This document shows positions 18,385 to 26,582 of a DNA stretch of 47,811 nt, piece after piece. Under the pieces are notes generated by a model. It saw only the letters and a program-made list of their open reading frames with translations. It was not told where the DNA came from and searched no databases. The DNA comes from Candidatus Thalassarchaeaceae archaeon. GTDB taxonomy: Archaea > Thermoplasmatota > Poseidoniia > Poseidoniales > Thalassarchaeaceae. The stretch lies in NCBI GenBank assembly GCA_029250665.1, contig JAQXEV010000034.1, positions 1 through 47,811 of the forward strand, given 5' to 3'. Positions within the stretch are counted from its first letter, which is position 1. Each line of letters begins with the position of its first letter. The position numbers and the translations under genes were made by a program.

Positions 18385-18893
18385 TCTTCGTTCATCGTTC
18401 GCCGACCTCGATTATCGAACCATTCTGTAGGCATTCCATCGTCATGCATCGCGAGGTCATCACCAGCAGTTCTTGGAATTGAATGACGTCCTTCGTGCCA
18501 AGTCTGCTGTTCCAACCAAAGGCCCAACTCCTCGCCTGATAGGCTCACATCCATGATGCCTCCAAACGGTCGTTCATCGGTGACGAAGGCTACCTTACCG
18601 ACGAAAGCGGCCTGCCTTGACAAAGAGAAAGTGGTGGTGTCGTCTTCGAGGTCCTGAGTCATCGCATCGAAGGCGGTGTCGAGGATTCGATTCTTCTCCG
18701 CTTGATTCAAAACGTGGTTAAGCGAGGCTGCTCGTCCAGTCAATCTGTAAGGCGCATCCTCGATTGGAAACTCTCTTTCTTGCTTCTCAAAATCACATTC
18801 CCACTGAGGGAAGACGCCGCGTACAGCTTCTATCACCCGCGCGGCGTCTTCGTGTGGCAGCACCGTGGTCGAGACGGTGATATCCGGCTCCAT
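18375..18893 (-). CDS. Probable UPF0201/COG1931-family predicted RNA-binding protein with a C-terminal extension
   Basis: The pattern 'ITVSTTVLPHEDAARVIEAVRGVFP', 'KNRILDTA' and 'LSRQAAFVGKVAFV' matches my recollection of the archaeal UPF0201 family, which I could not verify by search. Its 3' end overlaps the convergent 17368-18384 gene by 10 nt. Confidence 0.45.
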   Translation of the reverse strand: MEPDITVSTTVLPHEDAARVIEAVRGVFPQWECDFEKQEREFPIEDAPYRLTGRAASLNHVLNQAEKNRILDTAFDAMTQDLEDDTTTFSLSRQAAFVGKVAFVTDERPFGGIMDVSLSGEELGLWLEQQTWHEGRHSIPRTAGDDLAMHDDGMPTEWFDNRGRRTMNEDQD

Positions 18894-18954
18894 GGCATCT
18901 CCACCCGGCTAAGGGTCATGATTCCTGTGGGTAACTACGCTCCCAACACCACGA

Positions 18955-19863
18955 ATGATTCAAACGAGGGATTCAGGAGCCCCTAGCATGACAGAGCGCT
19001 CTCCGCTGATCGGTATTGCTCTTCTTTTCGCGCCGACCCTCTGCGTCGGCGCCCTCAGATTTGGTCTTCCAAATATCGAGACTCTGCTTAAGGAGGACCT
19101 AATTGCCCAAGCAATAATTCACGGCTTAGCCATCTTACTAGGTATTGTCATGTTTCTTCGCTACCGCGTGGTCGAGGATCACGAGTACCATCGCTCGAGC
19201 GCCATCAAGAATCTCTCAAGCATGTATCGTCTTGAGGACAAAGGCTTGTGGAATCGAGGAGATGATGCCATCGATCGCCTCGAGGCCCAGGCCCACAATC
19301 AACCAAAGGGCCGCGCGGGCTTACGCTTCCAACAAAGGATGACTGGCAAGGTTTCAGATTTGAATAAGGAACAATCCGAACTATATCTCGAACGCGATGA
19401 CTCACGTATGGAGATCGATGTTCAGGTGGAGGGTATGGCTACCATCGTCGACTCGGAAGTAGCCGATGAAGCCAATCCTGGAAAACTCACAGGTACGCTG
19501 GGGGCTAGCGCAGAAGCCTCAGCTCAACGTCGGCTCAACAAGGAAATCGCTCGTCGCGAGAAAGACTCAATCCGCAGCGAGAGACAGTCGGCCAAACTCG
19601 CTGCCAAGGAAGCCAAGGCCGCTGCCAAGGCAGAGAAAGCGGCTGCGAAGGCAGCAGCCAAGGCAGAGAAAGCAGCTGCGAAGGCGGCAAAGAAATCAGG
19701 TGGGCGAGAAGCAACTCAGGCGATGTGGGATGCTCCACCTGACAATCAATGGGAGACCCCATTACCATCTTCATTAGCAGAATCAGTCATATCATGCCAA
19801 GAATGTGGTGCGGTCAATAGTAGCGGCACGGCCTACTGCAGCAGTTGCGGCACTTTCCTCTGA
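18955..19863 (+). CDS. Membrane protein with two N-terminal TM segments, a Lys/Ala-rich repeat region and a C-terminal zinc ribbon
   Basis: TM segments are 'LIGIALLFAPTLCVGAL' and 'AIIHGLAILLGIVMFL'. The repeat region is 'AKLAAKEAKAAAKAEKAAAKAAAKAEKAAAKAAKK'. The zinc ribbon is 'CQECGAVNSSGTAYCSSCG'. An alternative start is ATG at 18988. Confidence 0.6.
   Translation: MIQTRDSGAPSMTERSPLIGIALLFAPTLCVGALRFGLPNIETLLKEDLIAQAIIHGLAILLGIVMFLRYRVVEDHEYHRSSAIKNLSSMYRLEDKGLWNRGDDAIDRLEAQAHNQPKGRAGLRFQQRMTGKVSDLNKEQSELYLERDDSRMEIDVQVEGMATIVDSEVADEANPGKLTGTLGASAEASAQRRLNKEIARREKDSIRSERQSAKLAAKEAKAAAKAEKAAAKAAAKAEKAAAKAAKKSGGREATQAMWDAPPDNQWETPLPSSLAESVISCQECGAVNSSGTAYCSSCGTFL
19624..19689 (+). repeat. 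Tandem 33-nt direct repeat (2 copies, 2 mismatches) encoding AKAEKAAAKAA
   Basis: 19624-19656 is 'gccaaggcagagaaagcggctgcgaaggcagca' and 19657-19689 is 'gccaaggcagagaaagcagctgcgaaggcggca'. Confidence 0.9.
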
Positions 19864-19890
19864 GCACTCCGTTGGGTTGAAAACAGGCGT

Positions 19891-21063
19891 GTGGGAGCCG
19901 TTGAGCGTGGTGGTCCAGTGAGTCAGAAGCGGGATTACTACGAGGTTCTCGGTGTAAGCCGAAAAGCCTCGGATGCTGAATTGAAAAAGGCATTCCGTTC
20001 GATGGCTCGTAAGTTCCATCCTGACAAGAATCCTGACGATGCTGAGGCAGAGTCTAGTTTCAAGGAAGTACAGGAAGCATATGCGATTCTTTCGAACGCT
20101 GAAGAACGGCGAAAGTACGACATGTTCGGACATGAGAGGCCAGGAGGTTCGCCTTGGGGTTCTGGCGGCTTCCAAGGTGTCAACATCAGTTTCGACGATA
20201 TTTTCGGAGGGGGTTTTGACTCAATCTTTTCCTCTCTATTCGGCGGTGGCTCACGCCAACGCTCGAGCCGTGGTGCCGACCTTCTCGTACGGCATCTGGT
20301 GAGTTTTGAGGATGCCTTCAACGGAGTCGACGAAGAGCTTGAAATTGATGTGCTGAACCGCTGTTCTGGTTGTGAAGGGAGCGGTTCGGAGACCGCAGAT
20401 GGGATTCGAGTATGTCCGACGTGTGACGGTCGCGGTCGACTCACAAGGATCGAGCGTATTGGGCCATTCCATCAACAGGTCACTCAGGATTGCCGAGCTT
20501 GTGGCGGTGATGGCCGAATCATTCAGAATCCGTGTAAAGTTTGTTCGGGTGAAGGTAGGGCTGAACAATCGAAGAAGGTTCGATTTTCGGTACCCGCTGG
20601 CATCGATAGTGGTACGAGGCTGAGGCTTAGTGGGCATGGGGAGTCTTCGCGCTCGGAGAATGGTAGGTCTGGAAATCTCTACATCGAAATCGAAGTGCAG
20701 GAGCATGAATGGTTCGAGCGCGATGGACCCGATTTATTGATGGCTTTACCAGTCAGTTATGTCGATCTTGTTCTTGGCAATACGGTCGAGATTCCACATA
20801 TCGATGGTTCTCCGTTGAAGGTGCGAATCAAGGCTGGTTCGAAGCCTGGAGAGACGATTACCATCCTCGACCGTGGTCTGCCAATGGCGCGCGCCAGTCG
20901 CGGTCGTGGCGCTGTTATGGTTCTGCTCAAATTGGCCATCCCTGGAAAAATATCGCGGGCTACGAAGAAGCAATTGGAGCAGATGCGCGAGGAATTGGGT
21001 AGTGGGCATTCTGAGATCATCGATGACGTACTAGATGAGGCACGCAATCGGCGGCGCTCGTGA
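19891..21063 (+). CDS. dnaJ: Chaperone DnaJ (Hsp40), type I
   Basis: J domain 'DYYEVLGVSRKASDAELKKAFRSMARKFHPDKNP' contains HPD. A Gly/Phe-rich linker follows. There are four CxxCxGxG repeats ('CSGCEGSG', 'CPTCDGRG', 'CRACGGDG', 'CKVCSGEG'). The true start is probably GTG at 19918 (VSQKRDYY). Confidence 0.9.
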   Translation: MGAVERGGPVSQKRDYYEVLGVSRKASDAELKKAFRSMARKFHPDKNPDDAEAESSFKEVQEAYAILSNAEERRKYDMFGHERPGGSPWGSGGFQGVNISFDDIFGGGFDSIFSSLFGGGSRQRSSRGADLLVRHLVSFEDAFNGVDEELEIDVLNRCSGCEGSGSETADGIRVCPTCDGRGRLTRIERIGPFHQQVTQDCRACGGDGRIIQNPCKVCSGEGRAEQSKKVRFSVPAGIDSGTRLRLSGHGESSRSENGRSGNLYIEIEVQEHEWFERDGPDLLMALPVSYVDLVLGNTVEIPHIDGSPLKVRIKAGSKPGETITILDRGLPMARASRGRGAVMVLLKLAIPGKISRATKKQLEQMREELGSGHSEIIDDVLDEARNRRRS

Positions 21064-21087
21064 ATCAATTCGAGTAATTCGCTACTC

Positions 21088-23235
21088 TCAATCCCATTCA
21101 AGAGCTCGATTTGGTACTGCAGCGAGAGGTTCACCATCAACTAGTCCTGAGAGGTGGAAGCCGATGTTAGATGGTTCACCTTCGAGGGTTAGACGTAGGA
21201 AGGTACGGCTGCCCGATTGAAGAGTGTCAAGGAAGATTTCGTCGCCTTGGAATAGGTGTTGGGGCGATACAGCGCCGATACTGACGGTAGCTCCTTCCGG
21301 CGCGTGGACGCGCATTGCAGCGAGTTCCCATGGTGAGTTGGCGATGCGGATTCCAAGTAGCATTGTCGCATCGCCCTCGCTTATCCTCCAAGCACAGATT
21401 TCGACTTGTTCGGTATTGTGGCGCAGTAACGGCTCTCCCCAATCGGCGACGACCGCTTGCCAGGGGCTGTCGCCGAGTTGATGCAGGGCAGAATCGATGA
21501 CTTGCTCGTCAATTTCTTCCGCGGCCAACAGGCTGGTTAGGCGCTCGCGTAGGCGGCGCAGACGACGGCGTTCATGGTTTTCGATCTCGATATCACTGAC
21601 TCCAGAACTCCAGCGCTTACGATTCCAGAAGATTACCAAAAACGCTGGTGCGATGAGGAAGGCGCCAGCGAAGACGTAGTAATTGGTGAAAAGTCCAGAT
21701 TGATCGACGAAATCAGCTAATTCAGGCTCGGTGATTTCACCTGCGTTGACGAGTGTGAAATCATAGTAAGTCAGGCTGGCTTCACCGAGTTTCTCGACGC
21801 GGATTGCGTGAGTTCCGGGTGGGGCATCAATTAACCCCCCCGTCGAGCTGTTGAGAATCGTCCAGGTTGTTTGGTCGAGCACGAGGATTTGGTAGCGAAC
21901 AGGTTGTGATGTGTCGGCGTCCACGTGTAATCTGGAGCCGTTTGCTTCTGTCACCTCGAAAGCGAAGACATCGACGTATTCGTCATCCGACATCCTCGCT
22001 TCGATGTTTTCGTCAAATCCGAGCGATGGCCAGAGAGATAAGTCATCGGAATCGGTCCAGAGTCTATCTGGTGCGTCTCCCATCTGGCCCGCGTCTCCAG
22101 CTGGATATTCATTCATTCGAACGTTCCATGAGGAGAGTTCATCCGAGGTCATTCGAAACTCTAGGGCTGAAGTTCCAGCCGGAGTTTCAAAGTGGTCGGG
22201 GCAATTATCGGCTTCATTCTCTAGAGGTGTAGCCAATCCCTCTGAATCGATACTGAGGACTTCGAAAGTGACCGAATCATCATCACTCCAGCAATTGAGG
22301 AAGACGCTCATGCGACCAACCACTTCGACTCTGACAGCATCTCCTTCATCGTCTGAGGAGGAAATCCAGCCATCGAAACCGTCGGCGTTTCCATCAGGGA
22401 ATGGTAGTGCGTTCTGTTCTCCCCAAGGGTTAGACAATTCTCCCCAAGATGCTTCGAGGGTGACCGCTCTTCGCATCACATACAATTCGTAGGCTGCGAA
22501 GCCTGCATCTGAGTCTTGCTTGATTCGCAACCATAGGGCCCCATCCTCTGGATATTCGAAGTGGAACCAGCCCTCGTCATCTGCTTCATAGGGATCGAGC
22601 AAGGTCTTCGTCGAGTCATTTCGAAGCCAGAATTCTAGTTCGGCGGACTCAGGCATTAACGGCCAAGGTATGATGATGTAATCGCCGGCTTGGCCGAGAA
22701 TCTCAATCGAATCCTTGTCTGAGCCATCTTCTAGAGATCCGACAATCCATTGGCTTCCAGAGAGTGGTTCTGAATGGCAGTCATCGATTGGGCAATTCCA
22801 AGTGGAGTCGATAATTTCCTGTTCGACAGAAATTCCCGGGCTCGGTACATTGTCCAGCCAATCTGTGTCTTCTTTCATCAGAGCGTTGTTGATATCGGGA
22901 GTACTCATCTCAAACCAGAGGTCGGATTGTTCGGTGCCTTGATCCGCAGTGAGTTGAAAACTGACGTTTCCAGAGGCATGGAAAGATAGTTCGACACGTA
23001 TCGAATCTTCGACAGAGTAATTCCCCTGAGGTGTGCTAACGTTGAGATGAAGACCAGGGCACGAGTCTTTCATGCACAAAATTCGGATGAAAACTGGATG
23101 CGGCTCACTGAAATGCACGGTTGAATCAATCAGAGTGACTGACTCGTCGTCTCCTCCGCTTTGTGCGGAGGCGTTCGCTGCAGTTCCAACTAGGAGTATG
23201 AGCAGCACGAGGAGGGTGGTAGCGGTGCGACTCAC
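21088..23235 (-). CDS. Single-pass membrane protein: secreted ectodomain with PPC-like beta-sandwich repeats, TM, and a ~170-aa cytoplasmic domain of unknown function
   Basis: Signal peptide 'TLLVLLILLVGTAANASAQS'. Repeated acidic segments resemble pre-peptidase C-terminal domains ('DEYVDVFAFEVTEANGSRLHVD', 'DEGDAVRVEVVGRMSVFLN', 'DKDSIEILGQAGDYIII'). The TM segment 'YYVFAGAFLIAPAFLVIFW' is followed by 'NRKRW'. The start is GTG. Confidence 0.7.
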   Translation of the reverse strand: MSRTATTLLVLLILLVGTAANASAQSGGDDESVTLIDSTVHFSEPHPVFIRILCMKDSCPGLHLNVSTPQGNYSVEDSIRVELSFHASGNVSFQLTADQGTEQSDLWFEMSTPDINNALMKEDTDWLDNVPSPGISVEQEIIDSTWNCPIDDCHSEPLSGSQWIVGSLEDGSDKDSIEILGQAGDYIIIPWPLMPESAELEFWLRNDSTKTLLDPYEADDEGWFHFEYPEDGALWLRIKQDSDAGFAAYELYVMRRAVTLEASWGELSNPWGEQNALPFPDGNADGFDGWISSSDDEGDAVRVEVVGRMSVFLNCWSDDDSVTFEVLSIDSEGLATPLENEADNCPDHFETPAGTSALEFRMTSDELSSWNVRMNEYPAGDAGQMGDAPDRLWTDSDDLSLWPSLGFDENIEARMSDDEYVDVFAFEVTEANGSRLHVDADTSQPVRYQILVLDQTTWTILNSSTGGLIDAPPGTHAIRVEKLGEASLTYYDFTLVNAGEITEPELADFVDQSGLFTNYYVFAGAFLIAPAFLVIFWNRKRWSSGVSDIEIENHERRRLRRLRERLTSLLAAEEIDEQVIDSALHQLGDSPWQAVVADWGEPLLRHNTEQVEICAWRISEGDATMLLGIRIANSPWELAAMRVHAPEGATVSIGAVSPQHLFQGDEIFLDTLQSGSRTFLRLTLEGEPSNIGFHLSGLVDGEPLAAVPNRALEWD

Positions 23236-23297
23236 GGCCCTTCGGGCCGGCTTCTCCCTTAGAATCCTTCAAGCGAACCGCATCGCTGGCGCGCTCG

Positions 23298-25103
23298 ATG
23301 AGCGACGATGCTGGTGAGCGGCCGCTGGCGCGCGGTGTTGCCGCGCGGCAGCGTTTTGCGCGTATTTTTGCGCTTGGAGACCGTAGGTCTCCTTCTTCAT
23401 GGACCCCTGGACTTGTCTTGGGCCCGACTGATCCCGAACTTCCCCTCTCGATGGCTGCATTCAGAGTCAATAGGGATGCGAGTACCATTCCAGCGACGAT
23501 GTCGATGGATGTGCTCGATGATTTGTGCCTGCCATTCGGTGGTTTGGAAACCTGGCAGGCAGAAGAGGGATTGATTTTGCCTTCTAGCCTAGTCGATTCA
23601 GACAGTGGCTCGAAGTCGGCAGGAGTTCAGCTGCTACCCGTCTCATGGCAATCTCTCCACCACGATGTTGACCTCCTCGAAGAGGGGCTCGAACCATCGG
23701 TAATCGCCCTCATCGACGCCCCTCAATTAGCCGAGCGCCCAGGCAAATTAATCCAAGCTATCGACGCGATTCGTCGCCGATTCACCACCTCGTTGATCTA
23801 CACTCCCGGAATCGGCGGACCGGACAATTGCGCCCTCCTTACTTGGATGGGTGTCGACCTTTTCGACCTCTCTCGCTCGCACGAAGCCGCCTCTAGAGGT
23901 GTGTTGCTCACCGAAGACGGTCCTAGAGAGGTCGAATCAACAATGGGCGAATCAACAGGCATTGAAACTCAGATTGAGGCCTGGCAGAGATCGCTTGCAT
24001 CAACTCGTTCAGCCATCCGCGACGGAACCATTCGCCAACTCACGGAAAGGCAAGCGCTCTCCAGTCCGCGCTCAGTAGAGCGCTTACGCCGTCACGATTT
24101 GATGATGAGCGAGAAGGCGATCGATGATTCGGGCCAAGCAGCCCTCGCAAGCGCGGTCAAACGGGGTATCCGCTTGCGTTGCCATTCCTACGCCAGCCGC
24201 GACGATCCAATCATCAGTGAATGGCGACGAAGAGTAGCCGAAGATCATACTCCACCAACTCACCAATCGAAGGCAATAGTCCTCCTCCCATGTTCAGCTA
24301 AGAAGCCCTACCGACTTTCCCAATCCCATCGAAGATTCCAACGTGCTGTCACCACCAGAGGCATCCACGAGGTAATGGTCACCGCACCGCTCGGGCTCGT
24401 CCCTCGTGAACTCGAAGATATCTGGCCAGCGGCCCATTACGACATCCCAGTCACAGGGGATTGGGATGTCGATGAGCTAAGGGTCATCAGAAGCATGGTG
24501 GAAGAATATACCACTCGCAACGGATATCAGCGAATCATCAATCATTCAGGTATTGATCTCAAAGCAGGAAACATCGAGGTTATCGATACACGCCAAGGCG
24601 AGTCCGCAGGTTCTCAAAACTCGATTGATAGACTTGGACAAGCCATCAGCCAAGCTGCCCAAGATCTCAAACTTCCAAATCCTAAAGAGAGCCTTCACCG
24701 GCTTGGCAAGCTCAAGGCATTTTCAAGATTCCAACATGGGACCGACGCATGGCTTGAGGGAGCAAGGGTCAGCGGCAGACCGCCGATATTCAGGATCGAC
24801 CGTGAAGGCACACAGATAGCATTGTGGAATCCACATAGCGGTCGCTTCTCATTCTCCAAAGCGGCACTCCCCTCGCTAGCCGAACACAAGACTCTACCAT
24901 GCGTCGAACTAACCGCAGAAGCCGACTGGCGCGGGGACCTATTTTCCACCAATATCATCCACTCTGACCCCGCAATCCGCGTTGGCGATGAATTGCTTGT
25001 CTACCAGAACGGCGAACTCGTCGGAAGTGCACGAGCCGAGGCTGCGGGGTGGGAATGGCCCAATGGACCGGGAAGGTTGGCGAAAGCACAACACCGTCTG
25101 TGA
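23298..25103 (+). CDS. arcS: Archaeosine synthase alpha subunit (ArcS): TGT-like N-terminal region, ArcS-specific domain, C-terminal PUA
   Basis: It matches the ArcS signature PC-x3-KPY-x2-S-x2-H exactly: 'PCSAKKPYRLSQSH' (24288-24329). The PUA-like C-terminus is 'IRVGDELLVYQNGELVGSARAEA'. The start is uncertain, either ATG at 23298 or ATG at 23451. Confidence 0.8.
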   Translation: MSDDAGERPLARGVAARQRFARIFALGDRRSPSSWTPGLVLGPTDPELPLSMAAFRVNRDASTIPATMSMDVLDDLCLPFGGLETWQAEEGLILPSSLVDSDSGSKSAGVQLLPVSWQSLHHDVDLLEEGLEPSVIALIDAPQLAERPGKLIQAIDAIRRRFTTSLIYTPGIGGPDNCALLTWMGVDLFDLSRSHEAASRGVLLTEDGPREVESTMGESTGIETQIEAWQRSLASTRSAIRDGTIRQLTERQALSSPRSVERLRRHDLMMSEKAIDDSGQAALASAVKRGIRLRCHSYASRDDPIISEWRRRVAEDHTPPTHQSKAIVLLPCSAKKPYRLSQSHRRFQRAVTTRGIHEVMVTAPLGLVPRELEDIWPAAHYDIPVTGDWDVDELRVIRSMVEEYTTRNGYQRIINHSGIDLKAGNIEVIDTRQGESAGSQNSIDRLGQAISQAAQDLKLPNPKESLHRLGKLKAFSRFQHGTDAWLEGARVSGRPPIFRIDREGTQIALWNPHSGRFSFSKAALPSLAEHKTLPCVELTAEADWRGDLFSTNIIHSDPAIRVGDELLVYQNGELVGSARAEAAGWEWPNGPGRLAKAQHRL

Positions 25104-25166
25104 CTCAACACCCTACGGGTGATATGCGTAGCGATTAAAGAGGGGCAGCAGGTCGGCGAGCCGCTT

Positions 25167-25173
25167 GAGGTGA
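25167..25173 (+). promoter_or_regulatory. Shine-Dalgarno-like GAGGTGA upstream of rps15
   Basis: 'gaggtga' lies 5 nt upstream of the ATG at 25179 and is complementary to the conserved 16S 3' end. Confidence 0.5.
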
Positions 25174-25178
25174 CCTGA

Positions 25179-25634
25179 ATGGCTCGAATGCACAGTAAGG
25201 GAAAGGGAAAGAGTGGCTCTGACAAGCCCAATTCGAACGCCGCTCCCGAGTGGTCAGAGTCTGACAAGGAAACCGTTGAGGCTCTTATTCTCAAGTTGTC
25301 AGGTGAAGGCCACTCGACAGCTATGATTGGCACAATCCTGCGTGACCAGCATGCAGTTCCTGATGTCCGCCTCGTCACCGGCGAGCGCATTGCCCAGACT
25401 CTTGCTCGCAACAATATTGGCGGCAAGTACCCTGAGGACATGATGAATCTCATGCGCCAAGCACTGAGAATGATTGACCACCTCAACTCCAACCGAAAGG
25501 ACCTGCACAACCGCAGGCAACTCGAACTCACTGAGTCGCGCATCCGCCGACTCGCTCGCTACTACCAAGACTCTGGCCGACTTGAGTCGGAATGGGCCTA
25601 CAAGCGAGACCAACTCCGCCTGATGGTCGAGTGA
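25179..25634 (+). CDS. rps15: 30S ribosomal protein uS15 (archaeal S15 / eukaryotic S13 type)
   Basis: The N-terminus 'MARMHSKGKGKSGS' is characteristic of the archaeal/eukaryotic form. The C-terminal S15 fold segment is 'DLHNRRQLELTESRIRRLARYY'. Confidence 0.95.
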   Translation: MARMHSKGKGKSGSDKPNSNAAPEWSESDKETVEALILKLSGEGHSTAMIGTILRDQHAVPDVRLVTGERIAQTLARNNIGGKYPEDMMNLMRQALRMIDHLNSNRKDLHNRRQLELTESRIRRLARYYQDSGRLESEWAYKRDQLRLMVE

Positions 25635-25709
25635 GCTGCTCTTACGCAGTCCTCGCAGGGACGGATTCACAGCGATGGGGATTTGAACCAGCGCTGTCAA
25701 GCGTGGTTG

Positions 25710-26579
25710 ATGCGTCAGTTGGTTGAGGCCGAGCAGTTCGCTTCTGTGGCCTCGACTCTTGTGGATGCCGCAGCGGGTATCCGTGCTCATGGTGGCACAG
25801 TGATGCTATTGGCGGCACCTTCGCTCATGGGAGCGCTGAGCTTGGCCCCGTTGGAGGCGGCGATGCTAGACCTTGGTCTGCCCTATCGCCGCCGATTCAG
25901 ATTACAGGCCTCGGGAGAAGGGGCTTTGATTCACGTGATGGGTCCGGGACAGGATTCGGGGCCAGATTACGCCGGCGAACCACCTCGTTTGATTCTCGCC
26001 GGACAAGTTGTTGAGGGATTGCAGGGTTCTTCTGGCGATCCGAGGCGTGGGCCACTGACTACCGTTGCTCAGGCCCATGCGCTTGCACAAGCGCTTGCAC
26101 CTGGAGGTATGCGCGTGCGTAGAATGCGTCCATGGCTACTCTCTGGAAATTGGCTACATTCAGCCCTGGATACGACTTACGATCCGGTATTCACTGCCCT
26201 ACGAGACCTGCTCGTTGAGGAGGGTTCAGCCCGAGTCGTAGCAATGCCGGAGGTAACTACCGTAGAACTCTCGAATACTCCTTGGGTCGAGGAATTAGCT
26301 CTCGACGCAATCTCAGGCAAGTGGTCTGAACTCGATATGGAGGGTCGGGCTCGAGCCCTCTCACACCTGATGCGACCAGCCCTCGTCCGCTCAACTCCAT
26401 CCACCGCGCGCATGGAAGAACTTGGCTGGCACCGCGTCGTCGGGCTTGATTGGGATAGTGACCTCGCATCCGAGATTGTGCGCGCTGCGTCGCTGTGGAA
26501 GGATAATCCAGCAGCAACAGCCGCTCACACTTTCGTCGATTCGCTGCTCACTACTGGTAGAGCGCCTGTGCGTGAGTGA
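25710..26579 (+). CDS. Hypothetical protein; possible degenerate (catalytically inactive) DHH-domain RecJ/Cdc45-like protein
   Basis: This Ala/Leu/Arg-rich 289-aa ORF probably starts at ATG 25710 (the track starts at TTG 25683). 'GGTVMLLAAPSLMGALSLAPLEAAMLDLGLPY' aligns by eye with DHH motif I of archaeal RecJ/GAN ('..I.L.SH.DADGI.AGAIL.KA....G..F'), but the Asp residues are replaced. I see no DHH or GGGH motif. The gene lies directly downstream of rps15. Confidence 0.5.
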   Translation: MRQLVEAEQFASVASTLVDAAAGIRAHGGTVMLLAAPSLMGALSLAPLEAAMLDLGLPYRRRFRLQASGEGALIHVMGPGQDSGPDYAGEPPRLILAGQVVEGLQGSSGDPRRGPLTTVAQAHALAQALAPGGMRVRRMRPWLLSGNWLHSALDTTYDPVFTALRDLLVEEGSARVVAMPEVTTVELSNTPWVEELALDAISGKWSELDMEGRARALSHLMRPALVRSTPSTARMEELGWHRVVGLDWDSDLASEIVRAASLWKDNPAATAAHTFVDSLLTTGRAPVRE

Positions 26580-26582
26580 GAC

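Noticed and set aside
19891-21063. dnaJ without adjacent dnaK/grpE, as a possible orphan co-chaperone
   Set aside because: Unlinked dnaJ genes are common, and dnaK/grpE may simply lie outside this window. It is not informative on its own.
23324-23392. Strong GC hairpin 'gctggcgcgcgg tgttg ccgcgcggcagc' (23324-23352) followed by T-runs, then the perfect hairpin 'ggagacc gta ggtctcc' (23376-23392). I considered a small ncRNA, an attenuator or a preQ-type riboswitch upstream of arcS.
   Set aside because: The region lies inside the ORF from ATG 23298. Its translation ('ARQRFARIFALGDRRSPSSWTPGLVLGPTDP') plausibly matches the N-terminal 'aR.G.l......TP.l.pv.nP' pattern of TGT/ArcS proteins, so it is probably coding. 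There is no A-rich tail or other preQ1 riboswitch consensus. It is worth revisiting only if the true start proves to be ATG 23451.
25660-25725. 'ggggatttgaaccagcgc' resembles the reverse complement of a tRNA T-arm (GGTTCAAATCC) between rps15 and the next ORF
   Set aside because: Neither strand yields a cloverleaf: the T-stem does not pair (gctgg / cccca), and no acceptor or anticodon stems could be built. The segment overlaps the start region of the 25710 CDS.
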